The notes under the pieces were generated by a model that saw only the letters and a program-made list of their open reading frames with translations, did no database searches and had not been told where the DNA came from. A stretch of DNA of 64,000 bases from Escherichia coli (GTDB lineage: Bacteria; Pseudomonadota; Gammaproteobacteria; Enterobacterales; Enterobacteriaceae): assembly GCF_003334385.1 (NCBI RefSeq), contig NZ_QOWN01000013.1; one strand, 5' to 3'. A program made the translations under genes and the position numbers. Positions 10,495-22,693 of this stretch are shown here, in pieces. Position 1 is the stretch's first letter, and every line of letters begins with the position of its first letter.

Positions 10495-11504
10495 AACAGT
10501 TCCTCCACCGGTTTAAAGCAAGCACGCAGACGGCCAGGCGTAAACTCTTCCAGCGGCGGTGCGCTACTACAAATTTCCATCGCATGCGGACAACGTGGCT
10601 GGAACGGGCAACCTTTCGGTAATCGCAGCAGGTTTGGCGGATTACCCGGGATGGTCAACATTGTTTCACCTTCCGCATCGAGACGCGGCACCGCGTTGAG
10701 CAAACCGATAGAATAAGGATGAACGGGTTGATAAAAGACATCGCGCGCGTTGCCATATTCCATCGTGCGCCCGGCGTACATTACCAGCACTTTGTCGCAG
10801 ATCCCCGCCACCACGCCAAGATCGTGGGTGATCATAATGATGGCGGTATTAAATTCCCGCTTCAGTTCATTTAATAGCGTCATGATCTGCGCCTGTACGG
10901 TGACGTCCAGCGCAGTTGTTGGTTCATCCGCAATCAGCAGCTTAGGTCGACATAACAAGGCCATCGCAATCATGACTCGCTGACGCATGCCGCCAGAAAA
11001 TTCGTGCGGGTACATTTTCATGCGTTTACGCGCTTCCGGCATTTTTACCGCATCGAGCATCCGCACCGACTCTTCAAACGCCTCAGCTTTGCTCATGTTC
11101 TTATGCAGCATCAGCACTTCCATCAACTGCTCACCGACGCGCATATAGGGATTCAACGAAGTCATTGGGTCCTGAAAAATCATTGAGATTTGTTCAGCGC
11201 GCAGTTTATTGAGTTCATGCTCTGGCAAATTGAGGATTTCACGCCCATTGAAGGTTGCCGATCCGCCAATACGTCCGTTGGCAGCCAACAGGCCCATCAA
11301 CGCAAATGCAGTTTGCGATTTACCCGAACCAGACTCACCTACAATACCCAGCGTTTCTCCGGCACGTAGGGAAAAATTCAAATCATTGACCGCCGTGACG
11401 TCGCCGTCCGGGGTACTAAAGGTGACACGCAAATCTTTCACGTTCAGCAGTGCGTCAGCCTGTTGTTGTGCGAGCGGCACAGTTGCAGTTTCAATTACGC
11501 TCAT
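10491..11504 (-). CDS. oppD: Oligopeptide ABC transporter ATP-binding protein OppD
   Basis: 337 aa with Walker A (GESGSGKSQ) and signature FSGGMRQR; overlaps oppF by 4 bp. Confidence 0.95.
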   Translation of the reverse strand: MSVIETATVPLAQQQADALLNVKDLRVTFSTPDGDVTAVNDLNFSLRAGETLGIVGESGSGKSQTAFALMGLLAANGRIGGSATFNGREILNLPEHELNKLRAEQISMIFQDPMTSLNPYMRVGEQLMEVLMLHKNMSKAEAFEESVRMLDAVKMPEARKRMKMYPHEFSGGMRQRVMIAMALLCRPKLLIADEPTTALDVTVQAQIMTLLNELKREFNTAIIMITHDLGVVAGICDKVLVMYAGRTMEYGNARDVFYQPVHPYSIGLLNAVPRLDAEGETMLTIPGNPPNLLRLPKGCPFQPRCPHAMEICSSAPPLEEFTPGRLRACFKPVEELL

Positions 11505-11515
11505 GGCTGCACTCC

Positions 11516-12424
11516 TTAACGATCTTTCGGGTCGAGGGCATCACGCAAGCCATCGCCGATAAAGTTGAAACAAAACAGCGTCACCACGAGGAATCCCGCT
11601 GGGAACAACAATAACCATGGAGAGACTTCCATCGAGTTCGCGCCATCACTCAGCAATGCACCCCAGCTGCTTAACGGCTCTTGCGTACCCAACCCCAGGA
11701 AGCTAAGGAAAGATTCAAAGAGGATCATGCTGGGCACCAGAAGTGATGCGTAGACCACCACCACACCGAGTACATTCGGCACAATGTGGCGAATAACAAT
11801 GCCCGATGTCGATACACCGCCAACTTGTGCCGCCTCAATAAACTCTTTGCGCTTCAGACTCAGGGTTTGCCCACGCACAATACGAGCCATATCCAGCCAG
11901 GAAACCATGCCTATCGCCACGAAAATCAGCAGGATGTTTTGACCGAAAAAGGTCACCAGCAAAATGACGAAGAACATGAATGGGAAGGAGTTGAGGATTT
12001 CCAGCAGACGCATCATTACCGAATCCACTTTACCGCCCAGATAACCGGAAAGCGAACCATAAAGTGTCCCGACGACCACAGCCACCAGTGCCGCAGCAAC
12101 ACCGACCATGAGTGAGATACGCCCGCCAATCGCAACGCGCACAAGCAGGTCGCGACCGGATGAGTCAGTACCAAAGTAGTGACCGGACTCCATATCCGGG
12201 GCGCTGGACATCATCGCCCAGTCAGTATCGTCATAGGCAAACTGGGAAAGCATCGGTGCCAGGATTACAAATAACGCGATCAGCACCAGCACTATCAGAC
12301 TGGCAACCGCCGCACGGTTATGCATAAAACGTCGACGTGCGTCCTGCCACAAGCTGCGCCCTTCGACCTCCAGCTTTTCACTGAAATTTTCCAGCGTCTC
12401 GCTGTTTTTCTTACTTAACATCAT
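11516..12424 (-). CDS. oppC: Oligopeptide ABC transporter permease OppC
   Basis: 302-aa multi-TM permease, operon context. Confidence 0.95.
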   Translation of the reverse strand: MMLSKKNSETLENFSEKLEVEGRSLWQDARRRFMHNRAAVASLIVLVLIALFVILAPMLSQFAYDDTDWAMMSSAPDMESGHYFGTDSSGRDLLVRVAIGGRISLMVGVAAALVAVVVGTLYGSLSGYLGGKVDSVMMRLLEILNSFPFMFFVILLVTFFGQNILLIFVAIGMVSWLDMARIVRGQTLSLKRKEFIEAAQVGGVSTSGIVIRHIVPNVLGVVVVYASLLVPSMILFESFLSFLGLGTQEPLSSWGALLSDGANSMEVSPWLLLFPAGFLVVTLFCFNFIGDGLRDALDPKDR

Positions 12425-12438
12425 CGCGAGCTCCAGTA

Positions 12439-13359
12439 TCAGTAACGGATTTTCGGGTCGATAACCGCATATAGCACATCGACAATGGCATTAAACAAAA
12501 TGGTTAAAGCACCAACCAGGATGGTCAGGCTTAACACTAAGGAATAGTCACGGTTCAATGCGCCATTAACGAACAGTTGTCCAATCCCCGGCAAACCATA
12601 AATGGTTTCGATAACCATAGAACCGGTAATAATGCCGACAAATGCGGGGCCCATATAAGAGAGCACGGGTAACAGAGCAGGTTTTAATGCGTGACGTAAA
12701 ATGATCCGCCGCATAGGTAACCCTTTCGCCCGGGCAGTACGAATAAAATTGGAGTGTAATACTTCAATCATAGAGCCACGGGTAATACGCGCAATACTGG
12801 CGATATAAGCGAGTGACAACGCCACCATCGGCAATATCATGAATTTAAGCGCCCCACCATTCCAGCCACCGCCCGGCAGCCAATGCAAAATGATCGCAAA
12901 TATCATGACTAATAATGGTGCAACCACAAAACTGGGGATAACAACCCCGGTCATTGCCAGCCCCATCACGGTATAGTCCCATTTGGTGTTTTGTTTTAAT
13001 GCGGCAATAACGCCAGCACTAACACCCAGTATTACCGCAAGGAAAAATGCTGCGGCTCCCAGTTTGGCAGAAACGGGAAAACTGGATGCAACCAAGTCAT
13101 TGACCGAATAATCTTTATATTTAAACGATGGACCGAAATCACCGTGCGCCAGTTGTTTCAGGTAGCTGAAATACTGTGTCATGATCGGATCATTAAGATG
13201 ATATTTCGCTTCGATATTGGCCATCACTTCTGGCGGTAAAGTACGTTCGCCGGTAAAAGGGCTTCCCGGCGCAAGGCGCATCATAAAGAACGAAATAGTA
13301 ATAAGAATAAATAGCGTCGGAATCGCTTCCAGACAGCGACGTAGAATAAATTTTAACAT
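12439..13359 (-). CDS. oppB: Oligopeptide ABC transporter permease OppB
   Basis: 306-aa multi-TM permease, operon context. Confidence 0.95.
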   Translation of the reverse strand: MLKFILRRCLEAIPTLFILITISFFMMRLAPGSPFTGERTLPPEVMANIEAKYHLNDPIMTQYFSYLKQLAHGDFGPSFKYKDYSVNDLVASSFPVSAKLGAAAFFLAVILGVSAGVIAALKQNTKWDYTVMGLAMTGVVIPSFVVAPLLVMIFAIILHWLPGGGWNGGALKFMILPMVALSLAYIASIARITRGSMIEVLHSNFIRTARAKGLPMRRIILRHALKPALLPVLSYMGPAFVGIITGSMVIETIYGLPGIGQLFVNGALNRDYSLVLSLTILVGALTILFNAIVDVLYAVIDPKIRY

Positions 13360-13444
13360 TGCCCTACCTTCTGGCCTGTGCCTTCTGTAATGCGATAAAA
13401 ATCAGACACCGTGGAGCAGGACACTCCTGCCCCACGTATTGCCA

Positions 13445-15076
13445 TTAGTGCTTCACAATGTACATATTCCGGGTATAGGTATTATCCAGCGGATCTTTGC
13501 CGGTATAGCCACCAACCCACGGTTTCACCAGACGCGCATTCACGTAGTAATAAACAGGAACAATGGCCGAATCCTTATCCAGCTGTTGTTCTGCTTTAGT
13601 GTACAGAGCTGTGCGCTGCGCCTCGTCAGTCACTTTCAGCGTTTCCGCCATAATGCTGTCAAAGGCCGGGCTCTTATAATGCGCGGTATTCATCGAGCTG
13701 TTCGAAAGCATGGTGTTCAGGAAGGAAGTTGGTTCGTTGTAGTCAGCACACCAGCCTGCACGGGCCACATCAAAAGTACCCTGGTGACGGGTGTCGAGGA
13801 ACGTTTTCCACTCCTGGTTAACCAGTTTGACGTTTACACCAATGTTTTTCTTCCACAATGAAGAGGCAGCAATCGCCAGCTTTTTATGCAGATCGGAGGT
13901 GTTATACAACAGGTTGATGGTCAACGGTTTGTCTGCGGTATAACCCGCTTCAGCCAGCAGTTTTTTCGCTTCTTCGTTACGTTTTTCCTGGCTCCAGCCA
14001 AACCATTCTGGCTGAGTCAATTTTGCGCCATCAGTATACGGTGGAGTGTAACCATAGGCGGGCATGTCGCCCTGCGCTTTCACTTTATTAACAATGATAT
14101 CGCGGTCCATACCTAGTTTCAGTGCGGTACGCACACGCACATCGTTGAATGGCGGTTTCTGGTTGTTAATTTCGTAATAGTAAGTGCACAGGTATGGATC
14201 AACGTGAACTTCGTCCGGGATCTCTTTTTTCAGCTTCTGGAACAATTCGATCGGCATGTTGTTATACGTCATGTCGATTTCACCACTACGGTAGCGGTTG
14301 ACATCGGTAACTTCAGAAGCAATAGGCAAATAGGTTACCTGGTTAATAACGGTTTTCGCGTTGTTCCAGTAGGTCGGGCTGCGTTCAAGAACGATTCGTT
14401 CGTTTACGACCCAATCTTTTAAGGTATAGGCACCGTTGGTGACGATATTACCAGGCTGGGTCCATTTTTCGTCGAATTTCTCGATAGCGGCTTTTGGCAC
14501 CGGTGAAGTTGATGGGTGAACAAGTAATTTATAGAAGTACGGAACGGGTTCACTTAAGGTGACTTCTAATGTGTGATCATCAATAGCTTTCACGCCGAGA
14601 TCGGTAATCGGTTTTTTCCCTTCAAGAATTTCATCAATACCGGCGATATGCCCATATTGCAGATAACTGGCATACGGAGAAGCAGTGTTCGGATCAACAG
14701 AACGTTGCCAGCTATACACAAAGTCTTGTGCTGTGACTGGCGTGCCATCAGACCATTTCGCATCTTTACGCAAATGGAAGGTCCAGACTTTCGCGTCTTT
14801 ATTATCCCAGGATTCAGCGACGCCAGGTGCTGGATGACCGTCAAGATCGCTGACCAGTAAGCCTTCAAACAGGTCTCGGCTGATATTAGACTCCGGAACA
14901 CCTTCAATTTTGTGCGGATCTAATGACTGAACTTCTGAACCATTGTTACGTACCAGTGTTTGTTTTTCCGCCAGTGTGACGCCTGCGGGTACATCAGCTG
15001 CCAGCGCGACATTCCCTGCCATTAGCGCAGCCAGAACGCCAGCTGCTACTAAACTTCTCTTGGTGATGTTGGTCAT
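13445..15076 (-). CDS. oppA: Periplasmic oligopeptide-binding protein OppA
   Basis: Start set at MTNITKRSLVAAGVLAALMAGNVALA (signal peptide, 543 aa); the ORF track begins 24 codons upstream. Confidence 0.95.
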   Translation of the reverse strand: MTNITKRSLVAAGVLAALMAGNVALAADVPAGVTLAEKQTLVRNNGSEVQSLDPHKIEGVPESNISRDLFEGLLVSDLDGHPAPGVAESWDNKDAKVWTFHLRKDAKWSDGTPVTAQDFVYSWQRSVDPNTASPYASYLQYGHIAGIDEILEGKKPITDLGVKAIDDHTLEVTLSEPVPYFYKLLVHPSTSPVPKAAIEKFDEKWTQPGNIVTNGAYTLKDWVVNERIVLERSPTYWNNAKTVINQVTYLPIASEVTDVNRYRSGEIDMTYNNMPIELFQKLKKEIPDEVHVDPYLCTYYYEINNQKPPFNDVRVRTALKLGMDRDIIVNKVKAQGDMPAYGYTPPYTDGAKLTQPEWFGWSQEKRNEEAKKLLAEAGYTADKPLTINLLYNTSDLHKKLAIAASSLWKKNIGVNVKLVNQEWKTFLDTRHQGTFDVARAGWCADYNEPTSFLNTMLSNSSMNTAHYKSPAFDSIMAETLKVTDEAQRTALYTKAEQQLDKDSAIVPVYYYVNARLVKPWVGGYTGKDPLDNTYTRNMYIVKH

Positions 15077-15813
15077 TGTTTTTTGGACTCCCTCATTATA
15101 ATTACTGGTATTAACCAGCATGTGTAATCCCGGATTGGGACCCTGCACAGGCTCGGAGACTTTCTGCTGTCAGGTTACTTTATCGTTACGTATTACTATC
15201 ACCGACTTTATTTATTCTGGTGATTCAGACGATCACCTTATGTCGATTCGTACTGTGTCTCCCCTGTCGAGACACATTATTCTTTCGCGACGCTCTTTAA
15301 TTGTTAATTATTCTCATTACCAATAAAGAATCGTCTGGCGGTTGCCCGGAAAGTACCAAATGCGGTTCTTACTCGCCAATACATTTTGCAAAATTGTTAA
15401 GCAATTCTCTTTTATTGACCGTATCAGAATCTATAGCTTGCATCCATGCCTTAACAAACATCTTTCAATTCAATCAAATAGAGATTGGCTAAGCATGTCT
15501 ATCTTTTCTGATTACAGTTCCAGTAGTGAAATGCACAATAATTTAACAATTGATTATTATTTAGCACTTTCCTCTACCAAAGGCAGTGGAATTACTAATA
15601 TCATTTCAATTATTCTTCAGCAAGCCCAGGATTATGATGTGGCGAAAATAACATGATGGTGAGGAGAAGCAGTTAAGGAAATCCTTATAACTAACTGTAA
15701 TTTGAGAAGAATATTTTTACCTATTCCTTTTGCTTTTGATAACTGCGCGGGAACAAAGTAAAAATAATGACGAAGTAAACGGAGCATGGCAGCTCCGTTT
15801 CATTTGAAAGGAA

Positions 15814-16461
15814 TTAATTAAGCAGGCCGGGGAAAATCCCCTTAATACCAGTAACGATAAATTCAATCCCCAATGCCATCAGCAATAGCCCCATAATACG
15901 CGTAATCACGTTGATGCCGGTCTGGCGTAAAACCCGTACCAGCCACGGTGCCATGCGGAACAATCCCCAACAACATAAAGCGAACAATGCAATAGCCACA
16001 AAGAAACCAAACAGATAGCTAATGCTGTGATAACGCGTACCCCAGACGATGGTAGAACTGATCGCCCCTGGCCCCGCCATCAACGGCAACGCCAGTGGCA
16101 CCACACCAATGCTTTCACGTACCGCGGTTTCTGATTTTTCTTGCTTGTTCTGTTTATCCTCGCCAAGCTTGCCGCTGATCATCGACATCGCTATTGTCAC
16201 CACTAGGATACCCCCGGCGATACGGAACGAATCAATTGATATACCAAAAAGTTGTAGAATCGTGTCGCCGAGAAAAAGCGAGATCCACAAGATAATGGCC
16301 ACAGACAGGTTGGCTGTAAGGTTAGTTTTGTTTCGCGCTGCCGCTGTCTGATAACTGGTCATGCTGATAAAGACGGGAATAATCCCTACCGGGTTGACCA
16401 GCGCAAATAACCCGATGAAAAATTTGAAGTAAACGGGAAAATCAAAAAAGGTCTGAATCAC
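15814..16461 (-). CDS. ychE: MarC-family inner membrane protein YchE
   Basis: 215-aa multi-TM ORF, synteny. Confidence 0.85.
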   Translation of the reverse strand: MIQTFFDFPVYFKFFIGLFALVNPVGIIPVFISMTSYQTAAARNKTNLTANLSVAIILWISLFLGDTILQLFGISIDSFRIAGGILVVTIAMSMISGKLGEDKQNKQEKSETAVRESIGVVPLALPLMAGPGAISSTIVWGTRYHSISYLFGFFVAIALFALCCWGLFRMAPWLVRVLRQTGINVITRIMGLLLMALGIEFIVTGIKGIFPGLLN

Positions 16462-16937
16462 GGTTAGCTCCGAAGCAAAAGCCGGATAATGTTAGCCATA
16501 AATAAGGTTGAAAAGACGCGCTGACAATACGCCTTTTGACAGCATTTTTCACCTCCTAACTACTTAAAATTGCTATCATTCGTTATTGTTATCTAGTTGT
16601 GCAAAACATGCTAATGTAGCCACCAAATCATACTACAATTTATTAACTGTTAGCTATAATGGCGAAAAGCGATGCTGAAAGGTGTCAGCTTTGCAAAAAT
16701 TTGATTTAGATCACGTAATCAGTACCCAGAAGTGAGTAATCTTGCTTACGCCACCTGGAAGTGACGCATTAGAGATAATAACTCTAATGTTTAAACTCTT
16801 TTAGTAAATCACAGTGAGTGTGAGCGCGAGTAAGCTTTTGATTTTCATAGGTTAAGCAAATCATCACCGCACTGACTATACTCTCGTATTCGAGCAGATG
16901 ATTTACTAAAAAAGTTTAACATTATCAGGAGAGCATT

Positions 16938-19613
16938 ATGGCTGTTACTAATGTCGCTGAACTTAACGCACTCGTAGAGCGTGTAAAAAAAGCCCAGCGT
17001 GAATATGCCAGTTTCACTCAAGAGCAAGTAGACAAAATCTTCCGCGCCGCCGCTCTGGCTGCTGCAGATGCTCGAATCCCACTCGCGAAAATGGCCGTTG
17101 CCGAATCCGGCATGGGTATCGTCGAAGATAAAGTGATCAAAAACCACTTTGCTTCTGAATATATCTACAACGCCTATAAAGATGAAAAAACCTGTGGTGT
17201 TCTGTCTGAAGACGACACTTTTGGTACCATCACTATCGCTGAACCAATCGGTATTATTTGCGGTATCGTTCCGACCACTAACCCGACTTCAACTGCTATC
17301 TTCAAATCGCTGATCAGTCTGAAGACCCGTAACGCCATTATCTTCTCCCCGCACCCGCGTGCAAAAGATGCCACCAACAAAGCGGCTGATATCGTTCTGC
17401 AGGCTGCTATCGCTGCCGGTGCTCCGAAAGATCTGATCGGCTGGATCGATCAACCTTCTGTTGAACTGTCTAACGCACTGATGCACCACCCAGACATCAA
17501 CCTGATCCTCGCGACTGGTGGTCCGGGCATGGTTAAAGCCGCATACAGCTCCGGTAAACCAGCTATCGGTGTAGGCGCGGGCAACACTCCAGTTGTTATC
17601 GATGAAACTGCTGATATCAAACGTGCAGTTGCATCTGTACTGATGTCCAAAACCTTCGACAACGGCGTAATCTGTGCTTCTGAACAGTCTGTTGTTGTTG
17701 TTGACTCTGTTTATGACGCTGTACGTGAACGTTTTGCAACCCACGGCGGCTATCTGTTGCAGGGTAAAGAGCTGAAAGCTGTTCAGGATGTTATCCTGAA
17801 AAACGGTGCGCTGAACGCGGCTATCGTTGGTCAGCCAGCCTATAAAATTGCTGAACTGGCAGGCTTCTCTGTACCAGAAAACACCAAGATTCTGATCGGT
17901 GAAGTGACCGTTGTTGATGAAAGCGAACCGTTCGCACATGAAAAACTGTCCCCGACTCTGGCAATGTACCGCGCTAAAGATTTCGAAGACGCGGTAGAAA
18001 AAGCAGAGAAACTGGTTGCTATGGGCGGTATCGGTCATACCTCTTGCCTGTACACTGACCAGGATAACCAACCGGCTCGCGTTTCTTACTTCGGTCAGAA
18101 AATGAAAACGGCGCGTATCCTGATTAACACCCCAGCGTCTCAGGGTGGTATCGGTGACCTGTATAACTTCAAACTCGCACCTTCCCTGACTCTGGGTTGT
18201 GGTTCTTGGGGTGGTAACTCCATCTCTGAAAACGTTGGTCCGAAACACCTGATCAACAAGAAAACCGTTGCTAAGCGAGCTGAAAACATGTTGTGGCACA
18301 AACTTCCGAAATCTATCTACTTCCGCCGTGGCTCCCTGCCAATCGCGCTGGATGAAGTGATTACTGATGGCCACAAACGTGCGCTCATCGTGACTGACCG
18401 CTTCCTGTTCAACAATGGTTATGCTGATCAGATCACTTCCGTACTGAAAGCAGCAGGCGTTGAAACTGAAGTCTTCTTCGAAGTAGAAGCGGACCCGACC
18501 CTGAGCATCGTTCGTAAAGGTGCAGAACTGGCAAACTCCTTCAAACCAGACGTGATTATCGCGCTGGGTGGTGGTTCCCCGATGGACGCCGCGAAGATCA
18601 TGTGGGTTATGTACGAACATCCGGAAACTCACTTCGAAGAGCTGGCGCTGCGCTTTATGGATATCCGTAAACGTATCTACAAGTTCCCGAAAATGGGCGT
18701 GAAAGCGAAAATGATCGCTGTCACCACCACTTCTGGTACAGGTTCTGAAGTCACTCCGTTTGCGGTTGTAACTGACGACGCTACTGGTCAGAAATATCCG
18801 CTGGCAGACTATGCGCTGACTCCGGATATGGCGATTGTCGACGCCAACCTGGTTATGGACATGCCGAAGTCCCTGTGTGCTTTCGGTGGTCTGGACGCAG
18901 TAACTCACGCCATGGAAGCTTATGTTTCTGTACTGGCATCTGAGTTCTCTGATGGTCAGGCTCTGCAGGCACTGAAACTGCTGAAAGAATATCTGCCAGC
19001 GTCCTACCACGAAGGGTCTAAAAATCCGGTAGCGCGTGAACGTGTTCACAGTGCAGCGACTATCGCGGGTATCGCGTTTGCGAACGCCTTCCTGGGTGTA
19101 TGTCACTCAATGGCGCACAAACTGGGTTCCCAGTTCCATATTCCGCACGGTCTGGCAAACGCCCTGCTGATTTGTAACGTTATTCGCTACAATGCGAACG
19201 ACAACCCGACCAAGCAGACTGCATTCAGCCAGTATGACCGTCCGCAGGCTCGCCGTCGTTATGCTGAAATTGCCGACCACTTGGGTCTGAGCGCACCGGG
19301 CGACCGTACTGCTGCTAAGATCGAGAAACTGCTGGCATGGCTGGAAACGCTGAAAGCTGAACTGGGTATTCCGAAATCTATCCGTGAAGCTGGCGTTCAG
19401 GAAGCAGACTTCCTGGCGAACGTGGATAAACTGTCTGAAGATGCATTCGATGACCAGTGCACCGGCGCTAACCCGCGTTACCCGCTGATCTCCGAGCTGA
19501 AACAGATTCTGCTGGATACCTACTACGGTCGTGATTATGTAGAAGGTGAAACTGCAGCGAAGAAAGAAGCTGCTCCGGCTAAAGCTGAGAAAAAAGCGAA
19601 AAAATCCGCTTAA
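16938..19613 (+). CDS. adhE: Bifunctional acetaldehyde-CoA / alcohol dehydrogenase AdhE
   Basis: 891-aa ORF with an N-terminal aldehyde dehydrogenase domain and C-terminal iron-containing ADH domain; preceded by AGGAGA RBS and followed by a terminator hairpin near 19707-19736. Confidence 0.97.
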
Positions 19614-19736
19614 TCAGTAGCGCTGTCTGGCAACATAAACGGCCCCTTCTGGGCAATGCCGATCAGTTAAGGATTAGTTGACCGATCCTTAAACTGAGGC
19701 ACTATAACGGCTTCCACAACAGGGAGCCGTTTTCTT

Positions 19737-20633
19737 ATGCCACTTCTCAATGATCTGCTCGATTTCAGTGACCATCCGCTTATGCCTCCGCCCTCTGCAC
19801 AACTATTTGCAGAACACCTTCCCACCGAGTGGATACAACACTGCCTGACGCTTTCTGCTCATGCGACCGTTCGCCGCCGTCGTTTACCGGGGGACATGGT
19901 TATCTGGATGGTGGTGCAATGAGCCAATTACCGATGTTGTTCGCCGTCTGAACCTGAGCGCGGATGGCGAAGCGGGGATGAACCTGCTGGCCCGCAGCGC
20001 TGTCACCCAGGCGCGTCAGCGCGTGGGGGCCGCCCCAGTGGAATGGCTCTTCCGCCAGACCGCACAGACAGGGGCGCGGAACGTTACCTGAAGGATGACT
20101 GGCACGGCCTGCAACTTTTTGCCATTGATGGCGCACAGTTCAGGACACCTGATAAACCCGAGCTGCGTGAATATTATGGGTCTGCCAACACATCCACTAA
20201 GCGGCAGAACGCCTACCCGGTTATGCGTCTGGTGGCCTTAATGAACCTGGGAAGTCACATTCTGCTGAATGCCGTGACCGCACCTTACCGGCAGAGCGAA
20301 ACTGTGCTGGCCCACTCCATGCTCGCCACCATCCCGGATAACTCTATTACGTTGTTTGATAAACTTTTTTACAGCGAAGACCTGCTGCTGACGCTGAACC
20401 AGAAGGGTTGTAACCGCCACTGGCTACTGCCTGCGTGGAAGAATATCGCATCAGAAATGATAGAACTGGGAAACACGGCGTCACCAGGGACCATCCCGAA
20501 ACGACTGGAGCATCTTCGGGGTGCTCTGGAAGTGGTGTTCATAACAAAACGCCCCCGACCATCAAGGCCGAGGTCGGTTAAGATATCAAAAACCCGTTAT
20601 CCTGTGAAACATAGTGCCGCTCCTCTTAAGTGA
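19737..20633 (+). pseudogene. insZ: IS4-family transposase remnant split across frames (insZ/ychG-like)
   Basis: Three consecutive ORFs in frames 0/1/0 (19737-19922, 19861-20091, 20043-20633) resemble collinear parts of the IS4 transposase (...VRRRRLPGDMVIWMV...; ...LFAIDGAQFRTPD...). No intact transposase and no terminal inverted repeats identified. Confidence 0.7.
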
Positions 20634-20914
20634 ACGGCATTGCCCTTCTGGGGCCGTATTTTTTGTTTACCCAAAGCAACTTTTCCATAAACCGACAGCA
20701 TTAGCCTTCATCATATTTGCGACGATGTATAACGCCTAAACACAGGGATATTGTACTTTACAGGTCACAAGTCAACGTCGGTGCTTAAGAGCCCTGTGAG
20801 GCGTATAGCGGCGTTAAAAAACTGCCGAGAAGGGTATATAGCCCGGAAGAAGTGCGTAAAACGAACTGACAGGATAAAAGTGCCCTGCTCACCCTGTCAG
20901 TAAAGAAATTCTTA

Positions 20915-21532
20915 TTAATCGTGGCGATGCCTTTCCTGAATAGCCGTTAATGAGTCGACTTGTAACGCCTCTTTATAGTGTTTACGGCATACAGAAACGT
21001 ATCGTTCATTACCACCAATTACCACCTGCTCACCTTCGTTATAAGGTCTGCCTGCTTGATCAAGACGCAGCACCATGCTTGCTTTACGGCCACAAAAACA
21101 GATGGTTTTTAATTCAACCAGTTTGTCGGACCATGCCAGTAAGTATTGGCTGCCAATAAATAATTCACCTCGAAAATCGGTACGTAAACCATAACAAAGT
21201 ACGGGTATATCGAGTTGATCGACAACCTCCGATAATTCATATACTTGTTGTCTGGTTAAAAACTGGCATTCATCAACCAGTACGCAATGAATTGCCTGCT
21301 GTTCATGTTCCGCACGAATCTCATCAAATAATGATGAATTTTGGTTAAATAATTTTGCAGGCGATGACAAACCTATACGCGAACTGACTTTCCCGGCACC
21401 AAAGCGATCATCAATTTCTGCCGTATATACGACAGTGCGCATGCCGCGTTCCTGGTAATTGTATGAAGATTGCAACAATGCTGTAGACTTACCCGCATTC
21501 ATTGCGGAATAGTAGAAATATAGCTGTGCCAT
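20915..21532 (-). CDS. tdk: Thymidine kinase
   Basis: 205 aa with P-loop ([10 protein letters not shown]), synteny. Confidence 0.95.
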   Translation of the reverse strand: MAQLYFYYSAMNAGKSTALLQSSYNYQERGMRTVVYTAEIDDRFGAGKVSSRIGLSSPAKLFNQNSSLFDEIRAEHEQQAIHCVLVDECQFLTRQQVYELSEVVDQLDIPVLCYGLRTDFRGELFIGSQYLLAWSDKLVELKTICFCGRKASMVLRLDQAGRPYNEGEQVVIGGNERYVSVCRKHYKEALQVDSLTAIQERHRHD

Positions 21533-22136
21533 CAGCCACAGGCCCTCAATGATATGAAATAAAGTTGGCTGGAGTTTATCATAATTCGTCAGTTTTTCAG
21601 CTCAACAGTATGCACAGAAGTGGGTATATGCGTTCTCCCTTACGAAGCCTTGCATAATCCTTCTGAGCTATCATTACAACTGCCTCGCTTGTTATAAGCG
21701 GGTAAATGACTGCTGGTAACTATTCACAATCTTTAACCTGTTGCGCAAGTAATAGCCCTCTGTTGACCTCCAGGAGATAGTGCAATACTAAGTCCATGCT
21801 CTTATTGCGACTGTTCTACTTTTCATCATTCGCTTAATAGGGAATTCTCGTAAACACAACTAATACAGAAGACTGAAAGGTCGTCAGCCTACGATAATCT
21901 CCCCATAAAATGTGACATGAATCAGGAAGTTTTAACCTCACGTGCTGCGTAATCATCGGTGTAAATAGGGCTATATGCCGCGTCTTTTCTGGCTAATTTT
22001 ATGAAAAGATATTTATTGGCGGCACAAAATAAAGAACAATTTTGAATTCCTTACATTCCTGGCTATTGCACAACTGAATTTAAGGCTCTATTATTACCTC
22101 AACAAACCACCCCAATATAAGTTTGAGATTACTACA

Positions 22137-22550
22137 ATGAGCGAAGCACTTAAAATTCTGAACAACATCCGTACTCTTCGTGCGCAGGCAAGAGAATGTA
22201 CACTTGAAACGCTGGAAGAAATGCTGGAAAAATTAGAAGTTGTTGTTAACGAACGTCGCGAAGAAGAAAGCGCGGCTGCTGCTGAAGTTGAAGAGCGCAC
22301 TCGTAAACTGCAGCAATATCGCGAAATGCTGATCGCTGACGGTATTGACCCGAACGAACTGCTGAATAGCCTTGCTGCCGTTAAATCTGGCACCAAAGCT
22401 AAACGTGCTCAGCGTCCGGCAAAATATAGCTACGTTGACGAAAACGGCGAAACTAAAACCTGGACTGGCCAAGGCCGTACTCCAGCTGTAATCAAAAAAG
22501 CAATGGATGAGCAAGGTAAATCCCTCGACGATTTCCTGATCAAGCAATAA
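22137..22550 (+). CDS. hns: Nucleoid-associated protein H-NS
   Basis: 137 aa beginning [20 protein letters not shown], with the C-terminal [12 protein letters not shown]-binding motif. Confidence 0.97.
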
Positions 22551-22574
22551 TCTTTTGTAGATTGCACTTGCTTA

Positions 22575-22600
22575 AAATCCCGCCAGCGGCGGGATTTTTT
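22575..22600 (+). terminator. hns rho-independent terminator
   Basis: Inverted repeat AAAATCCCGCC-agc-GGCGGGATTTTTT immediately after the hns stop. Confidence 0.7.
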
Positions 22601-22693
22601 ATTGTCCGGTTTAAGACAATTTAATAAGAATAAGCTATAAAAAAACGGCGTCGATTGCTCAACGCCGTTTCGTGGATAACACCGATACGGATG

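Noticed and set aside
10271-12327. Several 60-117-aa plus-strand ORFs within oppF/oppD/oppC
   Set aside because: All are antisense to the opp operon genes, with no start signals.
16701-16714. FNR/CRP-like palindrome TTGATttagATCAC upstream of adhE
   Set aside because: Single near-consensus match about 225 bp upstream of the adhE start. adhE regulation is complex and I cannot position it relative to a transcription start, so it is not called as a site.
17289-19106. 605-aa ORF on the minus strand inside adhE
   Set aside because: Entirely antisense to a highly conserved, highly expressed gene. Low-complexity R/Q/F-rich product, no RBS, and typical of stop-codon depletion opposite codon-biased genes.
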